Shown here piece after piece: positions 41,968 to 52,470 of a DNA stretch of 64,000 nt. The notes under the pieces are model-generated. The model saw nothing but the letters and a program-made list of their open reading frames with translations, made no database searches and was not told the origin of the DNA. Source of the DNA: Naegleria gruberi (Eukaryota). The translations under genes were made by a program, and so were the position numbers. Location of the stretch: the NCBI GenBank assembly GCA_000004985.1, contig GG738860.1. One strand, 5' to 3'. Position 1 is the first letter of the stretch, and the number at the start of each line of letters is the position of its first letter.

Positions 41968-43029
41968 TTACAATAATTTCAAATGTTTTGTAACAGTATC
42001 AATTAATTCTACAGGAGCTGGACCAATTCCAAGTACTGTTTTCGATCCAGCTTCAATTTGAGTTCTTCCAGCATCAACAACAAGATAACAATTCAAACGT
42101 TGTTGTAAACATTTTTGAAATAAATTATCCAATTCCTTATCACTATCTGCTTTAAGACAAATCTTAGCTTCAGCTGTTACTTCCCAGTCATGTAAATATT
42201 GTTTCCATTGTTGCATATCTTGGTTGGTGATTTGTGTTGGCTCTGAATTTGATGATGAAAATAATAATTGAGTTTGAGCAAAATAGGAGGTGTTTTCATA
42301 GAGAATATTTCTATAGAGACCGACAGCTGCATGACAACATTGAGCAGCAATCTTTCCTTTACCCATATTCAAATCATTTCTAACAACAAATACCATCTTG
42401 TAAGCCTTTGATGTCGGGAATGATTTCATCAAATATTCTTGATATTTTTGATNNNNNNNNNNNNNNNNNNNNNNNNNNNNNNNNNNNNNNNNNNNNNNNN
42501 NNNNNNNNNNNNNNNNNNNNNNNNNNNNNNNNNNNNNNNNNNNNNNNNNNNNNNNNNNNNNNNNNNNNNNNNNNNNNNNNNNNNNNNNNNNNNNNNNNNN
42601 NNNNNNNNNNNNNNNNNNNNNNNNNNNNNNNNNNNNNNNNNNNNNNNNNNNNNNNNNNNNNNNNNNNNNNNNNNNNNNNNNNNNNNNNNNNNNNNNNNNN
42701 NNNNNNNNNNNNNNNNNNNNNNNNNNNNNNNNNNNNNNNNNNNNNNNNNNNNNNNNNNNNNNNNNNNNNNNNNNNNNNNNNNNNNNNNNNNNNNNNNNNN
42801 NNNNNNNNNNNNNNNNNNNNNNNNNNNNNNNNNNNNNNNNNNNNNNNNNNNNNNNNNNNNNNNNNNNNNNNNNNNNNNNNNNNNNNNNNNNNNNNNNNNN
42901 NNNNNNNNNNNNNNNNNNNNNNNNNNNNNNNNNNNNNNNNNNNTGTGTTCTTGTGATGACATTTTTTAATGAGTTGGAATTATTTTGAAAATAATCACAT
43001 GAGGAATAAATTGCAGAATTGAACATCAA
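41968..43029 (-). CDS. PTRH2: Peptidyl-tRNA hydrolase 2 (PTH2/PTRH2), interrupted by an assembly gap
   Basis: The C-terminal 150 aa are 'KMVFVVRNDLNMGKGKIAAQCCHAAVGLY...GRTQIEAGSKTVLGIGPAPVELIDTVTKHLKLL*', the canonical PTH2 fold and C-terminus. The N-terminal 27 aa are upstream of the gap. The middle is poly-N. Confidence 0.75.
   Translation of the reverse strand: MMFNSAIYSSCDYFQNNSNSLKNVITRTXXXXXXXXXXXXXXXXXXXXXXXXXXXXXXXXXXXXXXXXXXXXXXXXXXXXXXXXXXXXXXXXXXXXXXXXXXXXXXXXXXXXXXXXXXXXXXXXXXXXXXXXXXXXXXXXXXXXXXXXXXXXXXXXXXXXXXXXXXXXXXXXXXXXXXXXXXXXXXXXXXXXXQKYQEYLMKSFPTSKAYKMVFVVRNDLNMGKGKIAAQCCHAAVGLYRNILYENTSYFAQTQLLFSSSNSEPTQITNQDMQQWKQYLHDWEVTAEAKICLKADSDKELDNLFQKCLQQRLNCYLVVDAGRTQIEAGSKTVLGIGPAPVELIDTVTKHLKLL
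42453..42943. other. Assembly gap (about 490 N) inside the PTH2 gene
   Basis: Run of n characters. Confidence 0.99.
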
Positions 43030-43296
43030 TCTCGAGCCAATAAATTCACAAACAATTAAGAACTCTCCAATTAGACTTTAGATAGTTAAGGGATTGTTGA
43101 CGGAAGAGAATTTCATGTTTTATAGTTAGTATTTATAGAAATTAATAACAATAATAATTTGTACTTCACAACAGGAAAGTTGAAGAAACAATAATTTTCA
43201 AGTGGAAACTTTACAATTTCTTTCATCAAGAGGATTATCCAATCAATCAATTATTGAAATAAAAAAAAATTCAAATCACCCAGATCTTCTTTGAAC

Positions 43297-45741
43297 ATGG
43301 CCAGAACCAAGCAAACAGCGAGAAAATCGACGGGTGGCAAAGCTCCAAGAAAACAATTGGCTTACAAAGCTAGAAAAGCAAACAGACCTTTCCCTTCCCG
43401 TTCGTTGGCAGGTCCTTTTTCTGATGAGGAAAAAGCAATTTTTGTGAATGGTTTGAAAAGAGCCTTCGATGGAAGTGAAGAATCATCAAAATTTGATGTA
43501 AATACCTATGAAGGAGCTTCACAATTAGTCAAATTTTGGATTTTCCAAGATCAAAAAAGAAGAAAATTGAAACCAATGGTAGAGGAAGCTAAATGGAATG
43601 GCAGCTTTGAATTGCTTCACAATCTTCCTATGGATATCAAGTATGAAATTATTGATTTTATTCCAACCTTTTCCTTGAGAGATTTTTACAAAATCAAGTT
43701 AGACGAATTCACTGAACAGATGAAGCTGGCACAAGTTGAAGATATTTCTAAAATTGTATGCAAAGGACTGAATTTGTTTGAAACCTTTACAAAGAGATCT
43801 TTTCAAAATTTGTACTATTCAGATCCTCTCTATAGAAACTATTACAAGAAGAGACTAATTAACAGAGAATATGCATTAAGAATGAAACAAAGGATATTGA
43901 AGTTGGATGAGTTTGATATTACAGATATTGATTATGATATTGGTTCTGTAAAGAAAGACAAACTATTGCACTTCTTTTCGTTGGTTAAGGAGATGAATGA
44001 AATTGACACTGTTGACTTTAATGATGTGGTCATTCACAGAAATATTGAAAAAATCAAGTCATTGGTAAATGGAACCACCACAAAAAGAAATGAAGATGAT
44101 TACGAGTCACCTTGTGAAGAACCAATGGATGATACTGATTCAATTAGTAATGAGCCTAATGTAACTGTATCATTTGATGAAATGGAGCTACTTTCTGAGG
44201 AAGAAATGAAAAAGTTAGAATCAAAATCTATTGCCATACTGCAGGAATCAGAAAGAGGATATTATAATACTCGTAATTACAATAAGTTTAACAAGCAAGA
44301 TAGTAAATCTTTTAGAAAGCAAGCGATGTATTCGTATGCTATACCATTGGAACTAATAGGAACTGGTGCTATTCCACAAGAACAAAATTTTACTCGTGCC
44401 TTTTCTCACGAAGAGATTATGGAAAGGCTTAAGGAGTTTATTGGAATTAATTCATCCATTAAGAAACTTTCTGTCAGAGGTCTAGATGTCGGCTTTACAA
44501 ACACTGCCATGGACATCTGTAAAGGAATAACAGATCTTTCAATACTTTTATGTGAGTACGTGGATTATTTTGAGTGCTTTAAAGAAGTCCTACCAAATCT
44601 CAACAAGCTGACTATTAATGGAGTTTCTTCTCATTACTCAATTAGTTTTATGGAAAGCTTTATGATTGAGGAATATATTCAACCTAACTGTGTTGTTGAT
44701 TTAGGGTTTGCTACAGGCACTGACACATATTTCTCGGATTTTTTAAATCGTTATGTTGAAGATCAAAACGGTAACAAGACTCCATTGAAAATTACCTCAA
44801 AACTACTCTCAACTGAAAACGTAACCGAATATGCCGACTTTTTATTGAGGTTTATAGAAGGAGTATCTTTCGGCCAATTGTTTTCTGATTTTGATATGAA
44901 AAAGAAATTGGTAGATTACTTGGTAATTGAAGTTGGCATTCCAATTGAATGGCTTACGCTTACCACAAGTGGAGATACTATAATTACAGAATACTTAGCT
45001 TATCTTTCAAATGTTTATCAAAATGGGGCAATTAATTGTCCAAGCTCTATTATGTTACGAGCAGGCTTGATTCCAAATAATATAGCCAATGAATTGGTTT
45101 TTTCTAAATATGAATGGGATGTTGTTGAGTTATGTTTAGATTATTTAAAAAAGAGAGATGATATTGATGACTTTGTTTTGACCCTTAGAAATTTGCTCGT
45201 TTTCTATGTGTGTGATAGAAGTGATTCTCCACTCTTTGAACTATATTGTTACATTAAGAAGAATATTCCAGAAAGTCAATTCAAAGAAATTTTAAAGCCT
45301 ATCAAATGTATCATTCCAGAAGGCTACAAAGAAAAGAACAATGAAACCTTGCATACAGTTTCTATTCCCATCATTTGCTTCCCATTCTCAAATTACCAAT
45401 TCGCTAAAGCTATCGTGGATGATATGACAGACGAAGATTTGAAATTTGTTAATGAGCTTGGTGACTCATGTCTGCACATTTATTCTAGACATGACCATAG
45501 TATTTGGAGTAGAATAGTTGAAAGAGTACCAGAGGTAGTCAAACTCAGCAACCCTGAGGGAGTAACACCTTTACATATTCATACTACCAATATCCAGTCA
45601 TACATATTTGTATTAGACTTGTTGACAAGATTTGGTGCTGACCCAAATGCAAAAGATATTGAAGGAAGAAAAGCTATTGGTGAATTTTTTATATTTGAGA
45701 ATGGTATTTTGAAAGTTAACAACAGATCAATGGAATATTAG
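43297..45741 (+). CDS. Histone-H3-tail-bearing F-box-like / LRR-like / ankyrin-repeat protein (814 aa)
   Basis: One uninterrupted ORF. Residues 1-22 'MARTKQTARKSTGGKAPRKQLA' are identical to the canonical histone H3 N-terminus, followed by 'YKARKAN' (compare 'TKAARKS'). An F-box-like segment follows ('LHNLPMDIKYEIIDFIPTFSLRDFYKIKL'), then LRR-like middle sequence. The C-terminus has ankyrin repeats ('GVTPLHIHTTNIQSYIFVLDLLTRFGADPNAKDIEGRKAI'). Confidence 0.6.
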   Translation: MARTKQTARKSTGGKAPRKQLAYKARKANRPFPSRSLAGPFSDEEKAIFVNGLKRAFDGSEESSKFDVNTYEGASQLVKFWIFQDQKRRKLKPMVEEAKWNGSFELLHNLPMDIKYEIIDFIPTFSLRDFYKIKLDEFTEQMKLAQVEDISKIVCKGLNLFETFTKRSFQNLYYSDPLYRNYYKKRLINREYALRMKQRILKLDEFDITDIDYDIGSVKKDKLLHFFSLVKEMNEIDTVDFNDVVIHRNIEKIKSLVNGTTTKRNEDDYESPCEEPMDDTDSISNEPNVTVSFDEMELLSEEEMKKLESKSIAILQESERGYYNTRNYNKFNKQDSKSFRKQAMYSYAIPLELIGTGAIPQEQNFTRAFSHEEIMERLKEFIGINSSIKKLSVRGLDVGFTNTAMDICKGITDLSILLCEYVDYFECFKEVLPNLNKLTINGVSSHYSISFMESFMIEEYIQPNCVVDLGFATGTDTYFSDFLNRYVEDQNGNKTPLKITSKLLSTENVTEYADFLLRFIEGVSFGQLFSDFDMKKKLVDYLVIEVGIPIEWLTLTTSGDTIITEYLAYLSNVYQNGAINCPSSIMLRAGLIPNNIANELVFSKYEWDVVELCLDYLKKRDDIDDFVLTLRNLLVFYVCDRSDSPLFELYCYIKKNIPESQFKEILKPIKCIIPEGYKEKNNETLHTVSIPIICFPFSNYQFAKAIVDDMTDEDLKFVNELGDSCLHIYSRHDHSIWSRIVERVPEVVKLSNPEGVTPLHIHTTNIQSYIFVLDLLTRFGADPNAKDIEGRKAIGEFFIFENGILKVNNRSMEY

Positions 45742-45834
45742 TAATTTTTCAACCCAAAAAGAAGCTTCTTATAATAAACTTACCGTAACAATTCTCACGT
45801 TGAATTGGAAAGATTACAAAGTGATAACAATTTA

Positions 45835-48800
45835 TTATACAATAACAGGAGGAAGTCTCTCTCTTGAAATTGGACGAGACAGAGCTCGCTTCTCTGCCTC
45901 ATATTCTTCTATTTTCTCTCTAAGGGATTGAATCTTGTGTCGTTGCATTTCGATTTCCTTCAAAGCTTGTTCTAATGATGTAATACCACCAAGGTCCTTT
46001 AGTTCCAAAGATGATGAAGTTATATCGGTGCTCTTCTTTCCAATCTTGGACTCGAGCTCCTTGTCTTTAAGTTTTTGCTTTAGAGATCTAACTTCCTTTC
46101 TCAGGTCATTAATTTCCTTGATGAGGACAACATTTTCATTCATGATTCTCTTATTATCTGACTTGGAGGTTTCTGTTGCTTTAACAAGCTTCTTCTTGAG
46201 TGATTCGACTGTTTTTTCGAGGTAGGATCTTTGTCTTTCATATTCCTTTTGAATGTCAAAGTCCATTTCTTGAGTAGTAATCTTTTCAGAGACGTAGGTT
46301 TGGTAAAGCTTGGTAACCTCTTCTTTAAGCTCCTTTGGCTCTTGAATTAATTGTGCAACCTTGTAAATATCTGCACGAATTCTCTTCAATAGAGTGTCAT
46401 TATCTTTGACTTTAAAGTTCAGTCTTTGAATTTCCTTGACTCTTCCATCAATCTTGAGTTCGAGATCCTTGATTGAGAGAATTAATCTATCATTCTTCTC
46501 CTTAGCCTTTTCCAATTCTTTTCTCATCTTCTTGGATTGCTTTCTTAAACTGGTAATTTCTTCCTTACTTGGTTTGATTTGTTCTTGGAGAGTTGAAATC
46601 TTGTATTCTAAAACAAATCTGAATTTTTCAAGTTCTTGGTTTTGTCTCTTCAACTTGAAAATTCTCTTTTCCTTGTCAATAATGGTTTCTTCTCTTTCCT
46701 TATTTTCCTCACTCATCTTTTGAATATCCTCTTGATATTGCTTATTGAGATTTTCTGCTCTTTGCTTCTTTTCTTCCAACTTTTCAATAAGTTCTAGTTT
46801 TTGTTTCAAAGTCTTTTGTAAGGCAATAAATCTGTCATTCCACTTGTTAGCTTCACTCTTGGCTTCATTGTAGCTGTCGTTCATCTTTAACAACTTCTTT
46901 TCATACATTTCTTTCAAGATCTTGATTTCCTTATCTTGATCCTCTTCCATTTGATTTTTAATTTCGGAAAATTTCTTGTCCAACTCGACCTTCTCATCTT
47001 GTAATGTAACAATAGATCCATCTTTTCTCTTAATTTCATCTTCATATTCTTCCGTAATATCTGTGAGCTCTCTCATGTGCATTTCCTCCTTATTCTTGGA
47101 ATCATCTAGGATTTGCTTCTTCTCCTTCTCTCTGTCTCTGTTGAGTTCGGAAATTTGTTCAAGAGAATTGTGCAATCTCTCGTTAAAGTCTTGTTCCAGA
47201 GCTTTGATTTTTTCTCTGTGTTTTTCTATCAACTCATCGATTTTCTTCTCGTACTCATCTGTTACACTTTTCTTCTCTTGCAAAATACTTTGAATTTCCT
47301 CTTGTTTCTTTGTAAGTTCAAGATTGAAGCTTTTTGCTTGTTCTCTGAGAGCATTATTGAATTCAATTTCCTTTTTCTTTTGCTCGTATTCATTGTCTGA
47401 CTTTAATTCTGCAACTTTTGCTTGAAGCTCAGCAATTGTGGTATTCTTTTCTTCCCATTCTGCTCCTGAAATCAAAATTTCTTCCGAATATTTTGTTTCC
47501 TTCTTAGTTTTACCTCCATCTCTGTCTCTTATTTCCACAATACCCAGCATACCATCTTCACCTGAACTGAATAAGAAAGAATCATCCCAAGCTTTAGAAA
47601 TTCTTGTCACAGGACCTGAGTGCAAGTATAGTTTGTCTTCTATATACTCCAGATTTGGAAATGAATGCACAGTAATAGCACCAGTCTCTAGACCACCAAA
47701 TATCATCTTTAATCCTTCAGAGTACTCCATACAAACCAATGTATTATCTCCCAAATCATATTCTGTTTGTGGATTACCTTCACTGAAGCCCTTAATCTTG
47801 TTATCTGATCCAGTAACAAAAATACTCTTTCCGTCTGTGGCGACAGATGTGTATCCAACATTCTTATTAGTATGGTGAATGGTTCTCTTCTCAGTTTTTA
47901 CAACATATTCGTACACAGCACCATCCATACCAACACTCAGTACTCTAGTATCATCATCAGTCCATTGAAGAGCTCTGATTTTACCATTGTGGCCCCTGAG
48001 GGCAGATATTAATTGGAGAGTGTAGGTATTGTAAACGTTGATTACGTTACCGTGAGCTGCTGCAAAGTAATGACCACCATTACTGAACTTTACCTCACCA
48101 CAATTTCTTACCAAGAAAGATTTCTGCTCTCTAATATCATCTCCCAAAATATCCATAAATCTCAGTTTATCTTGGAAACCAACAACCAAGTGCAAACCAC
48201 TAGGGTGAATTGCTATTGAGTAGGCCTCGGCTGGGAATTGTTTTACAATATTCAGTGTATTATCCAAGTAGTTCCATACTCTGACAGTCTTATCTGTACT
48301 GCAGGTCGCAATAATTGGCTTTCTAATAGCAGTATCCATTCCCGTTATGGCCTTTGAGTGGAATGGAATTGTGAGATATTCAAATTTAATGTCATCTTCC
48401 TTTTGTAAAATATCAGAACTACTGATATTCAAAGTAAATATTTGAGCTGAACTTGTTGAAAGGACCAAGTTTTCATTTGAAGGACTCAAATTAAAATTGA
48501 GAATTTTGTGATCGAGATAGGTTTCGCTCAGTTCCTTATATTGAGTGCTATTCATAACTCGTAAAGTCTTTGATCTTGAATACATTTCCTTTTCATCGGC
48601 CGATTTTTCAAATATTGAAACAACTCCATTCTCACCTCCACATACAAACCCAGTTCCATAAGGAATGAGTGCTGTTATACTAAGTCCATCTGATGGAGAT
48701 GAGGGTAAAATAAATTTAAATTCATTCTTTTCAACGAAAAATAAATCTCCGTTAGCATTTGAAACAACTAACTTCTCTTCATCTAACCAGGTATGAGACA

Positions 48801-49467
48801 GATAAGGCTCATGATCTCTTTTGCCAATACCGTCTGTCACAACTTTGAGTTTTTCTCTATCATCTAGGGTTAATAATTTAAATACACCATTACCAGTAAC
48901 ACAAATAGTTTTGCTATCTGGACTAATTGAACATTGAAAGACTGGATCTCCATCCACTGAAGATGTACAAATCGTATCAACTATCCTAGTTTTACCTTCC
49001 ATAGACCACAAAACTAAATTATATTCTGGACCTCCTCCTTGGGCTACCAAATATTTACCATCCAATGAGAAAGCCATACAAACAAATTCATGAGATCCAA
49101 CACCTGGATGAGAAATCGTCTTTTTGACTGTGTATGTTGTTGTTTCATAGAGTTTAATAAGAGGTGGGTTTTTTTTGAGGTCAGTGATCTTTACAGTTGA
49201 TGAAAGTGGTTTTGTTTTTTCTGCAACAGCCAAATATTTTCTATTAGGTGCTAGACAAAGAGCTGATATTCCTTCCGTATTATCGGACCCTGTTTTAATC
49301 TTCCTCACTCCATTTGTTTGATGAAAAACTAGGCATCTACCTGAAGGGTAAACGACACATGTATCGTTGACATTATCTCTAATGTACCAGATATTATTTT
49401 TTACCTTTGCATTAAGACCAAACACATTTTTAAGTGAGAGGATGTGGTTTTGAAATGGTTCAGTCAT
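45835..49467 (-). CDS. CFAP57: Cilia- and flagella-associated protein 57 (CFAP57/WDR65) homolog
   Basis: 1210 aa, single exon. The N-terminal WD40 beta-propeller region includes 'NVFGLNAKVKNNIWY' (compare 'HVFGLRSHVANNVFY'). The long C-terminal coiled coil includes 'KRIFKLKRQNQELEKFRFVLEYKISTLQEQIKP' (compare '[33 protein letters not shown]'). Confidence 0.85.
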   Translation of the reverse strand: MTEPFQNHILSLKNVFGLNAKVKNNIWYIRDNVNDTCVVYPSGRCLVFHQTNGVRKIKTGSDNTEGISALCLAPNRKYLAVAEKTKPLSSTVKITDLKKNPPLIKLYETTTYTVKKTISHPGVGSHEFVCMAFSLDGKYLVAQGGGPEYNLVLWSMEGKTRIVDTICTSSVDGDPVFQCSISPDSKTICVTGNGVFKLLTLDDREKLKVVTDGIGKRDHEPYLSHTWLDEEKLVVSNANGDLFFVEKNEFKFILPSSPSDGLSITALIPYGTGFVCGGENGVVSIFEKSADEKEMYSRSKTLRVMNSTQYKELSETYLDHKILNFNLSPSNENLVLSTSSAQIFTLNISSSDILQKEDDIKFEYLTIPFHSKAITGMDTAIRKPIIATCSTDKTVRVWNYLDNTLNIVKQFPAEAYSIAIHPSGLHLVVGFQDKLRFMDILGDDIREQKSFLVRNCGEVKFSNGGHYFAAAHGNVINVYNTYTLQLISALRGHNGKIRALQWTDDDTRVLSVGMDGAVYEYVVKTEKRTIHHTNKNVGYTSVATDGKSIFVTGSDNKIKGFSEGNPQTEYDLGDNTLVCMEYSEGLKMIFGGLETGAITVHSFPNLEYIEDKLYLHSGPVTRISKAWDDSFLFSSGEDGMLGIVEIRDRDGGKTKKETKYSEEILISGAEWEEKNTTIAELQAKVAELKSDNEYEQKKKEIEFNNALREQAKSFNLELTKKQEEIQSILQEKKSVTDEYEKKIDELIEKHREKIKALEQDFNERLHNSLEQISELNRDREKEKKQILDDSKNKEEMHMRELTDITEEYEDEIKRKDGSIVTLQDEKVELDKKFSEIKNQMEEDQDKEIKILKEMYEKKLLKMNDSYNEAKSEANKWNDRFIALQKTLKQKLELIEKLEEKKQRAENLNKQYQEDIQKMSEENKEREETIIDKEKRIFKLKRQNQELEKFRFVLEYKISTLQEQIKPSKEEITSLRKQSKKMRKELEKAKEKNDRLILSIKDLELKIDGRVKEIQRLNFKVKDNDTLLKRIRADIYKVAQLIQEPKELKEEVTKLYQTYVSEKITTQEMDFDIQKEYERQRSYLEKTVESLKKKLVKATETSKSDNKRIMNENVVLIKEINDLRKEVRSLKQKLKDKELESKIGKKSTDITSSSLELKDLGGITSLEQALKEIEMQRHKIQSLREKIEEYEAEKRALSRPISRERLPPVIV

Positions 49468-50049
49468 TTTTTTTGTAGATTATTAGAGAAAAGTTTTGGC
49501 GGGAGTTCTTTAACGGTTGATGGTTTGAGGTTGAAAGATTGTAAGTTGTATCAGTTTCTGATATCACTAAAAAACAAGAAAGTGTTGAATATTACAATGA
49601 AAGTATTTAAATATACTAAAACTGAATATCAAAGTGAACTCGTTACTAACAAAAGTGGTAATGTAGTACCTCAATAGTGATTACAGTTAACTAAGAATTG
49701 GAAATACGTAAACTTGTTTTGATACTTCATCACATTGTTATTATATATAATATAATAAATAGGGATTGAAGTATCGCTCGTTTATGGAAATGTGAAATGG
49801 CACATTTATGTATTTAAACAATGATGCATTCAATTTAGAACGAGCTGCTTGTCAATGCAAATAGAAACCTGAAGCGTTGGTCACTGAATCATCTTCCTTA
49901 TTTCTTGCCAACTCCGTTTTCAGTCTGTTCTGACGCCACCTTCTAAAAGAGCTTGTTAAAAGCAGCTATTCAGGTAGTCACTATTGCAACTTTCAAGAAC
50001 CTTCACCACAGAACTGTGGGCGAAAAAAAACAATATTTAACGTTAAAAA

Positions 50050-52470
50050 ATGGATGCCCGTGTTGCAGTAACGAAAGGTACGTTAAGAGAGAGATGAATT
50101 TAAGAATATTAAGGCCTCTGTTCATACATCATCAATATAATACCATTTTAATATCGGACTTGAATAAATAGATGATTTTGAGTATGGACAAATATTGGGT
50201 GAAGGTGCTTTTGGCCAAGTTCGTTTGTGTGTCCATAAAGCAACAGAACTTCAATACGCAGCTAAAGTATTGAAGAAGGAAAAACTTATTAAGGCCAAAC
50301 AAACGAAATATGTCAAATCAGAGAAGGAAATATTATTGGAGATGGATCATCCTAACATTTCAAAATTGTGTTATACCTTCACTGATGAAAAGAAGTTGTA
50401 CTTTGTGTTGGAACTTATTTCTGGAGGAGAATTATTTGAGTGTATTATAAAGAGCAATGTAGCAAATGATAATAAGGAATTGAAAAAAGTTGCTCAATTT
50501 TACATGGCTCAAATGTTGGAAGCACTGATCTATATTCACAGTCTTAATATTTGTCACAGAGATCTTAAACCCGAAAATCTAATGCTTACAGGATCTGGTA
50601 ATTTAAAATTGGTGGATTTTGGTATTGCAAAGAAAATTGATAGACCAGGTCCGAATACATTCTGGTAAGTTAAAATATGAAAATCTTGAAAATCTTAATT
50701 TCCAATAGTGGTACTGCTGAATATTTGGCGTAAGTTTTCTTATCAACTTGATTATATTGATGATTTCTCAATAGACCCGAAGTTGTCAGTAATAATGAAT
50801 ATGGTATTATGGTAGATTGGTGGTCTTATGGTTGTATTATTTACGAATTATTTTGTGGAAAGAGTCCTTTTTACAGCTCTAGTATGGCTGTAACTTGTCA
50901 AAAGATTGTTGATAGAGACATCTATTGGCCAAAGACAATGCCACCAGATGCCAAGGATTTAATTAATGGACTTCTCACTACAGACCCAGAAAAGAGAATT
51001 GGAGGTCCTGAATTAAGAAAGCATCCATTTTTCAAAGGAATTGATTGGAAGAATTTAAACAAGGCTGACCCACCTCTGGTTCCAGATCTTTTGTTCAATG
51101 ATGAAGATAGAGGTGTTGGTATTAAAATGTCCATGTTTGAACCTAGAGTGGATCAGGAAGACGTCATGATAAATGCTCACGTTTTCAAATCGAGATCAAG
51201 CAGTAAAGGATCAACGCAAGATGCAATCAAGAGAAGCAACTTGCTCAGAAAAATGTACCCTCAATTGTGTGCTCTCCCAGAGAGACCAAGACCAATCAAT
51301 TCAAGAATTATTCAAAACTCTGAAAATGTTCCAAAATCCAATGATAAGGTAGAAGAGGAGGAGGTAGATGATAGGGGTGATACTCAATCGGAATGTACTA
51401 GTGTCAATGAGGTCAGTAAGAAGGTCGTTATGATTCAAAATGCTGTCGGTTTGAAAACTCCTGTTATCAGGATTGCATTTGGAGAAGGTGACAAGATGGC
51501 TTGTAGTAGTAGTTTCCAAGCAAAAACATTTGGAATTGGAATTGACAGTGAATCTAATGTCATTTTCAATGAATATAAGAATTTATCAACTGTATCCACA
51601 TGTAATTACTTGGAATATTCTCCAAATGGTGAAACACTTGCCTTCGACATGCAAAGACATATTGGTTTGTTGGACTTGAAGAATCCAAAGAAAAAACCAA
51701 GACAATTGGTGGGGCATTCCCTTCCAATTACAAAGGTTTCTTGGCATCCAAAGAGCCACATGTTGGCTGCCGGAGGAAGAGATAACCTGGTGTACTTGTG
51801 GAATGTTGACAGCTCCAAACCAAAGCTTGAGGCTCAAATGGATTCACACAAATCATATATTTCAGATCTTCAATTCCATGCAAAAGATCATCTACTTGCC
51901 AGTGGAAGTGGAGATTTCAAAGTTGTATTCTACGACATTCAAAGTCAGAGAATTGTACAAAAGTACAGTTACCATGAAGATGCAATTCTTGGTGTGAGGT
52001 GGAATCCTAAATTCCCTGACATTTTTGTTTCCTGGTCTTTGGATAGAAGACTAATCTTCTCCGACCGCAGAACTTTCAAACCTATTAAGGTTCTAGCTCA
52101 TAATAGACCTGTGATTCATGCTCAATGGTCACCTGATGGATCAATGCTTGCCACCTGCAGCAAAGATTCCATTAGAATTTGGTCCTATCCATCAATTACC
52201 TCCTCTTTCGTCTACACCAATTCTGAAAGTCTTCCTGGTGAACATCTCTCTTTCGAATGTAATAGCAATTATTTGGCAGTATTGAAATGCAGAGATGATA
52301 CCTCTCCTTCAGTCATTGATACCTCTTCCTTTTCTTTTGTTTCTCCAAATCCACATCCTCAAAACTCACACAAACTCCCAATTACTAGTCTGCAATGGAG
52401 TAATAACAGACCATTCCTTGCCACTGGTTCCTATGATAAGTCTGTTATTTTGTGGGGTGTTGATGAATAA
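50050..52470 (+). CDS. AGC-family Ser/Thr protein kinase fused to C-terminal WD40 repeats, 4 exons including a 21-nt micro-exon
   Basis: The exons are about 50050-50077 ('MDARVAVTK', GTACGT donor), 50172-50664, 50709-50729 and 50775-52470. Phases 1, 2 and 2 are all consistent. The splices reconstruct the kinase subdomain VIII 'DFGIAKK...NTF|CGTAEYLA|PEVV'. The kinase core is 'GEGAFGQVRLCVHK...HRDLKPENLML...DFG'. The AGC C-tail is 'HPFFKGIDWKNL..PPLVP'. The last roughly 300 aa are WD40 repeats ('LAAGGRDNLVYLWNV', 'LASGSGDFKVVFYDI', 'LATCSKDSIRIWSY', 'LATGSYDKSVILWGV'). Confidence 0.8.

Noticed and set aside
41968-43029. ORF-track proteins containing long runs of X (42408-42956 +, 42429-42962 -, 42439-42969 +, and the X-run ORF 33392-33613 -)
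   Set aside because: These are translations of poly-N assembly gaps. Only the flanking real residues of the minus-strand PTH2 gene are meaningful.
45935-48219. Several Ser/Leu/Phe-rich plus-strand ORFs inside the CFAP57 locus (45935-46225, 46436-46723, 46976-47400, 47438-47878)
   Set aside because: These are antisense translations of the Lys/Glu-rich coiled-coil coding sequence of CFAP57. Their composition is the typical mirror-image artefact.
49953-50171. 72-aa ORF upstream of the kinase gene
   Set aside because: It overlaps the kinase's first 28-nt exon and first intron in a different frame. The spliced kinase model explains the region.
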